A stretch of DNA of 64,000 nucleotides, taken from positions 42,167 to 106,166 of the IMG/VR virus record IMGVR_UViG_3300033121_000983. One strand, given 5' to 3'. This document shows, piece by piece, positions 62,796 through 64,000 of this stretch. This DNA is from a virus. Lineage: Duplodnaviria; Caudoviricetes. Position 1 is the first letter of the stretch, and each line of letters starts with the position of its first letter. The notes beneath the pieces are model-generated. The model had not been told where the DNA came from. It did no database searches and saw only the letters and a program-made list of their open reading frames with translations. Both the position numbers and the translations under genes were made by a program.

Positions 62796-64000
62796 TAGAA
62801 GCCCGGCACACTGGCGCGCGCATGATCAACTAGCGACTGTCCGCTCGGCGGTTGTACTGGTTTAGGGCCCCCAGATGGCGACGATGGCGATGTATTGGGC
62901 AGCGGCATCGGGCGCACGGTCGGCGACGACAACGGCAGAATTTCGTTATTTCCCTGTGGTGCGTAGGCCTGCGTGTTCCGCGGCGTAACCAGCGCAGTAG
63001 CCGATCCCATCGTCCCCTGCATCGCCGCGACACCGAGTGACGGTTGCGTGTATTTTGCCGCGTCAACCGTCGCTTTCGCCGCGAGCGTACGGGTTGGTGA
63101 CGCGGGCGCGGCGCGTAACCCGCGCAGCCCGCGCAGCCCGCCGCGGAACAGCATGTTGTCGCCGATAAATGACGGCGTAATTTCGCGCACTGTACCTACG
63201 CCGTGGCCCAGATAGCGGGCGAACCCGCCTTGCTGTTCGCCCCAGTGCCGGTAATAGTCGCCAGCCTGCCGGTTGACTTCGGGACTAAACACCTGTGACA
63301 CCCCGGGTACCTGTCCCAGCAGGTCAGCTGACGGCGAGAAATTGTTGAGCACCGCGCCTGTCGGCGAAGTCATCATGTAGTTGTACGTCGAGCCTAGACC
63401 ACGCGACAGATAATTCGCCCACCCCGACACGCCTGGGCTGGCGAACGGCGACACTGCGCGACCGAACGCACCAGTTGCCGCGCCGATGCCCTGGCCGGCT
63501 CCGCTAAACAAAGCGGCATTCATCGCCGATTGCCCTGTGCCGTACGCAGCTTCTGTCAGTGCGGGAAGCGTCTTATCGAAAGTGCTGCCCGTCACGTCGC
63601 CGCGGTGACGCATGTCGGCAACTTGTGTCGCCACGTAGTCGTTAAGTGCCGTCGACGGCGCGTAGACCGGTTTACCTTTCGTGTCGACAACCGCGCGTCC
63701 CATATCGTCACGCATCTGCGTACCGGATAGACCGCGCGCCGCTTGTTCCCACGCCTTATTTGTGAAGTCAATCGCATTCTGATTAGCTCCGCGCACAGTG
63801 TCTGACCACGGTTGTAGCGCTGCACCGGCGCTACCGGGTGCGCGATATCCGCGCCCTAGCACCCAGTCGCCAGCGTCGACAGCGTTTTGCGCGACAGCCA
63901 TGCCCGTGGCAGACGGCAGTGTAAGTAGTGAACCTCCTACGCCTGCGACAGTCCCTGCTACACCGCTGGCGGTGTTGCCAACGCCGGTTAGTGTGTTCCA
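62795..64000 (-). CDS. Gly/Ala-rich putative internal head protein (5' truncated)
   Basis: Frame is open from 64000 (WNTLTGVGNTASGVAG...) into the listed 368-aa ORF. Confidence 0.65.
   Translation of the reverse strand, partial: WNTLTGVGNTASGVAGTVAGVGGSLLTLPSATGMAVAQNAVDAGDWVLGRGYRAPGSAGAALQPWSDTVRGANQNAIDFTNKAWEQAARGLSGTQMRDDMGRAVVDTKGKPVYAPSTALNDYVATQVADMRHRGDVTGSTFDKTLPALTEAAYGTGQSAMNAALFSGAGQGIGAATGAFGRAVSPFASPGVSGWANYLSRGLGSTYNYMMTSPTGAVLNNFSPSADLLGQVPGVSQVFSPEVNRQAGDYYRHWGEQQGGFARYLGHGVGTVREITPSFIGDNMLFRGGLRGLRGLRAAPASPTRTLAAKATVDAAKYTQPSLGVAAMQGTMGSATALVTPRNTQAYAPQGNNEILPLSSPTVRPMPLPNTSPSSPSGGPKPVQPPSGQSLVDHARASVPGF

Noticed and set aside
1281-63730. Many plus-strand and alternate-frame ORFs in the ORF track
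   Set aside because: They are shadows of a gap-free, coupled minus-strand gene set in GC-rich DNA and show no recognisable motifs.
1-64000. Stop-codon reassignment as seen in some large phages
   Set aside because: Genes are full length in the standard code, and TAA, TAG and TGA all end tightly spaced genes.

Overview
This window is the virion-morphogenesis region of a large, GC-rich (roughly 60-63% by eye) contractile-tailed dsDNA phage, probably jumbo-sized. Nearly all real genes lie on the minus strand in one tightly coupled run. From 64000 downward: Gly/Ala/Pro-rich putative internal head proteins, an intein-interrupted prohead-protease-like gene, a scaffold-like protein, a decoration protein, a small HK97-fold major capsid protein, an accessory LamG cassette, neck proteins, tail sheath, tail tube, a VgrG/gp5-like spike, tail assembly chaperones, tape measure, baseplate hub, a sigma-70-family factor, gp25 and baseplate J. 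Next comes a lysis-like cassette (PG-binding + M10 metallopeptidase, holin-like protein, two lipoproteins, papain-like peptidase), then wedge proteins and a paralogous family of Cys-rich tail-fibre-like proteins mixed with mucin-like Thr-rich proteins and two glycosyltransferase genes. I could not identify a terminase large subunit, portal, tRNA or CRISPR array. Main signals not explained by gene names: (1) a K-x-A motif covering most lysines of the head-module proteins but not the intein or tail proteins; (2) a recurring AT-rich, parS-like palindrome TTTGACGTWAAA, both intergenic and inside CDSs; (3) a candidate virion O-glycosylation module; (4) a G-GAT-TTT -1 frameshift site with a downstream hairpin in the tail chaperone; (5) a structured non-coding segment at 2276-2512. 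All function calls come from motif recognition and gene order, not database searches.
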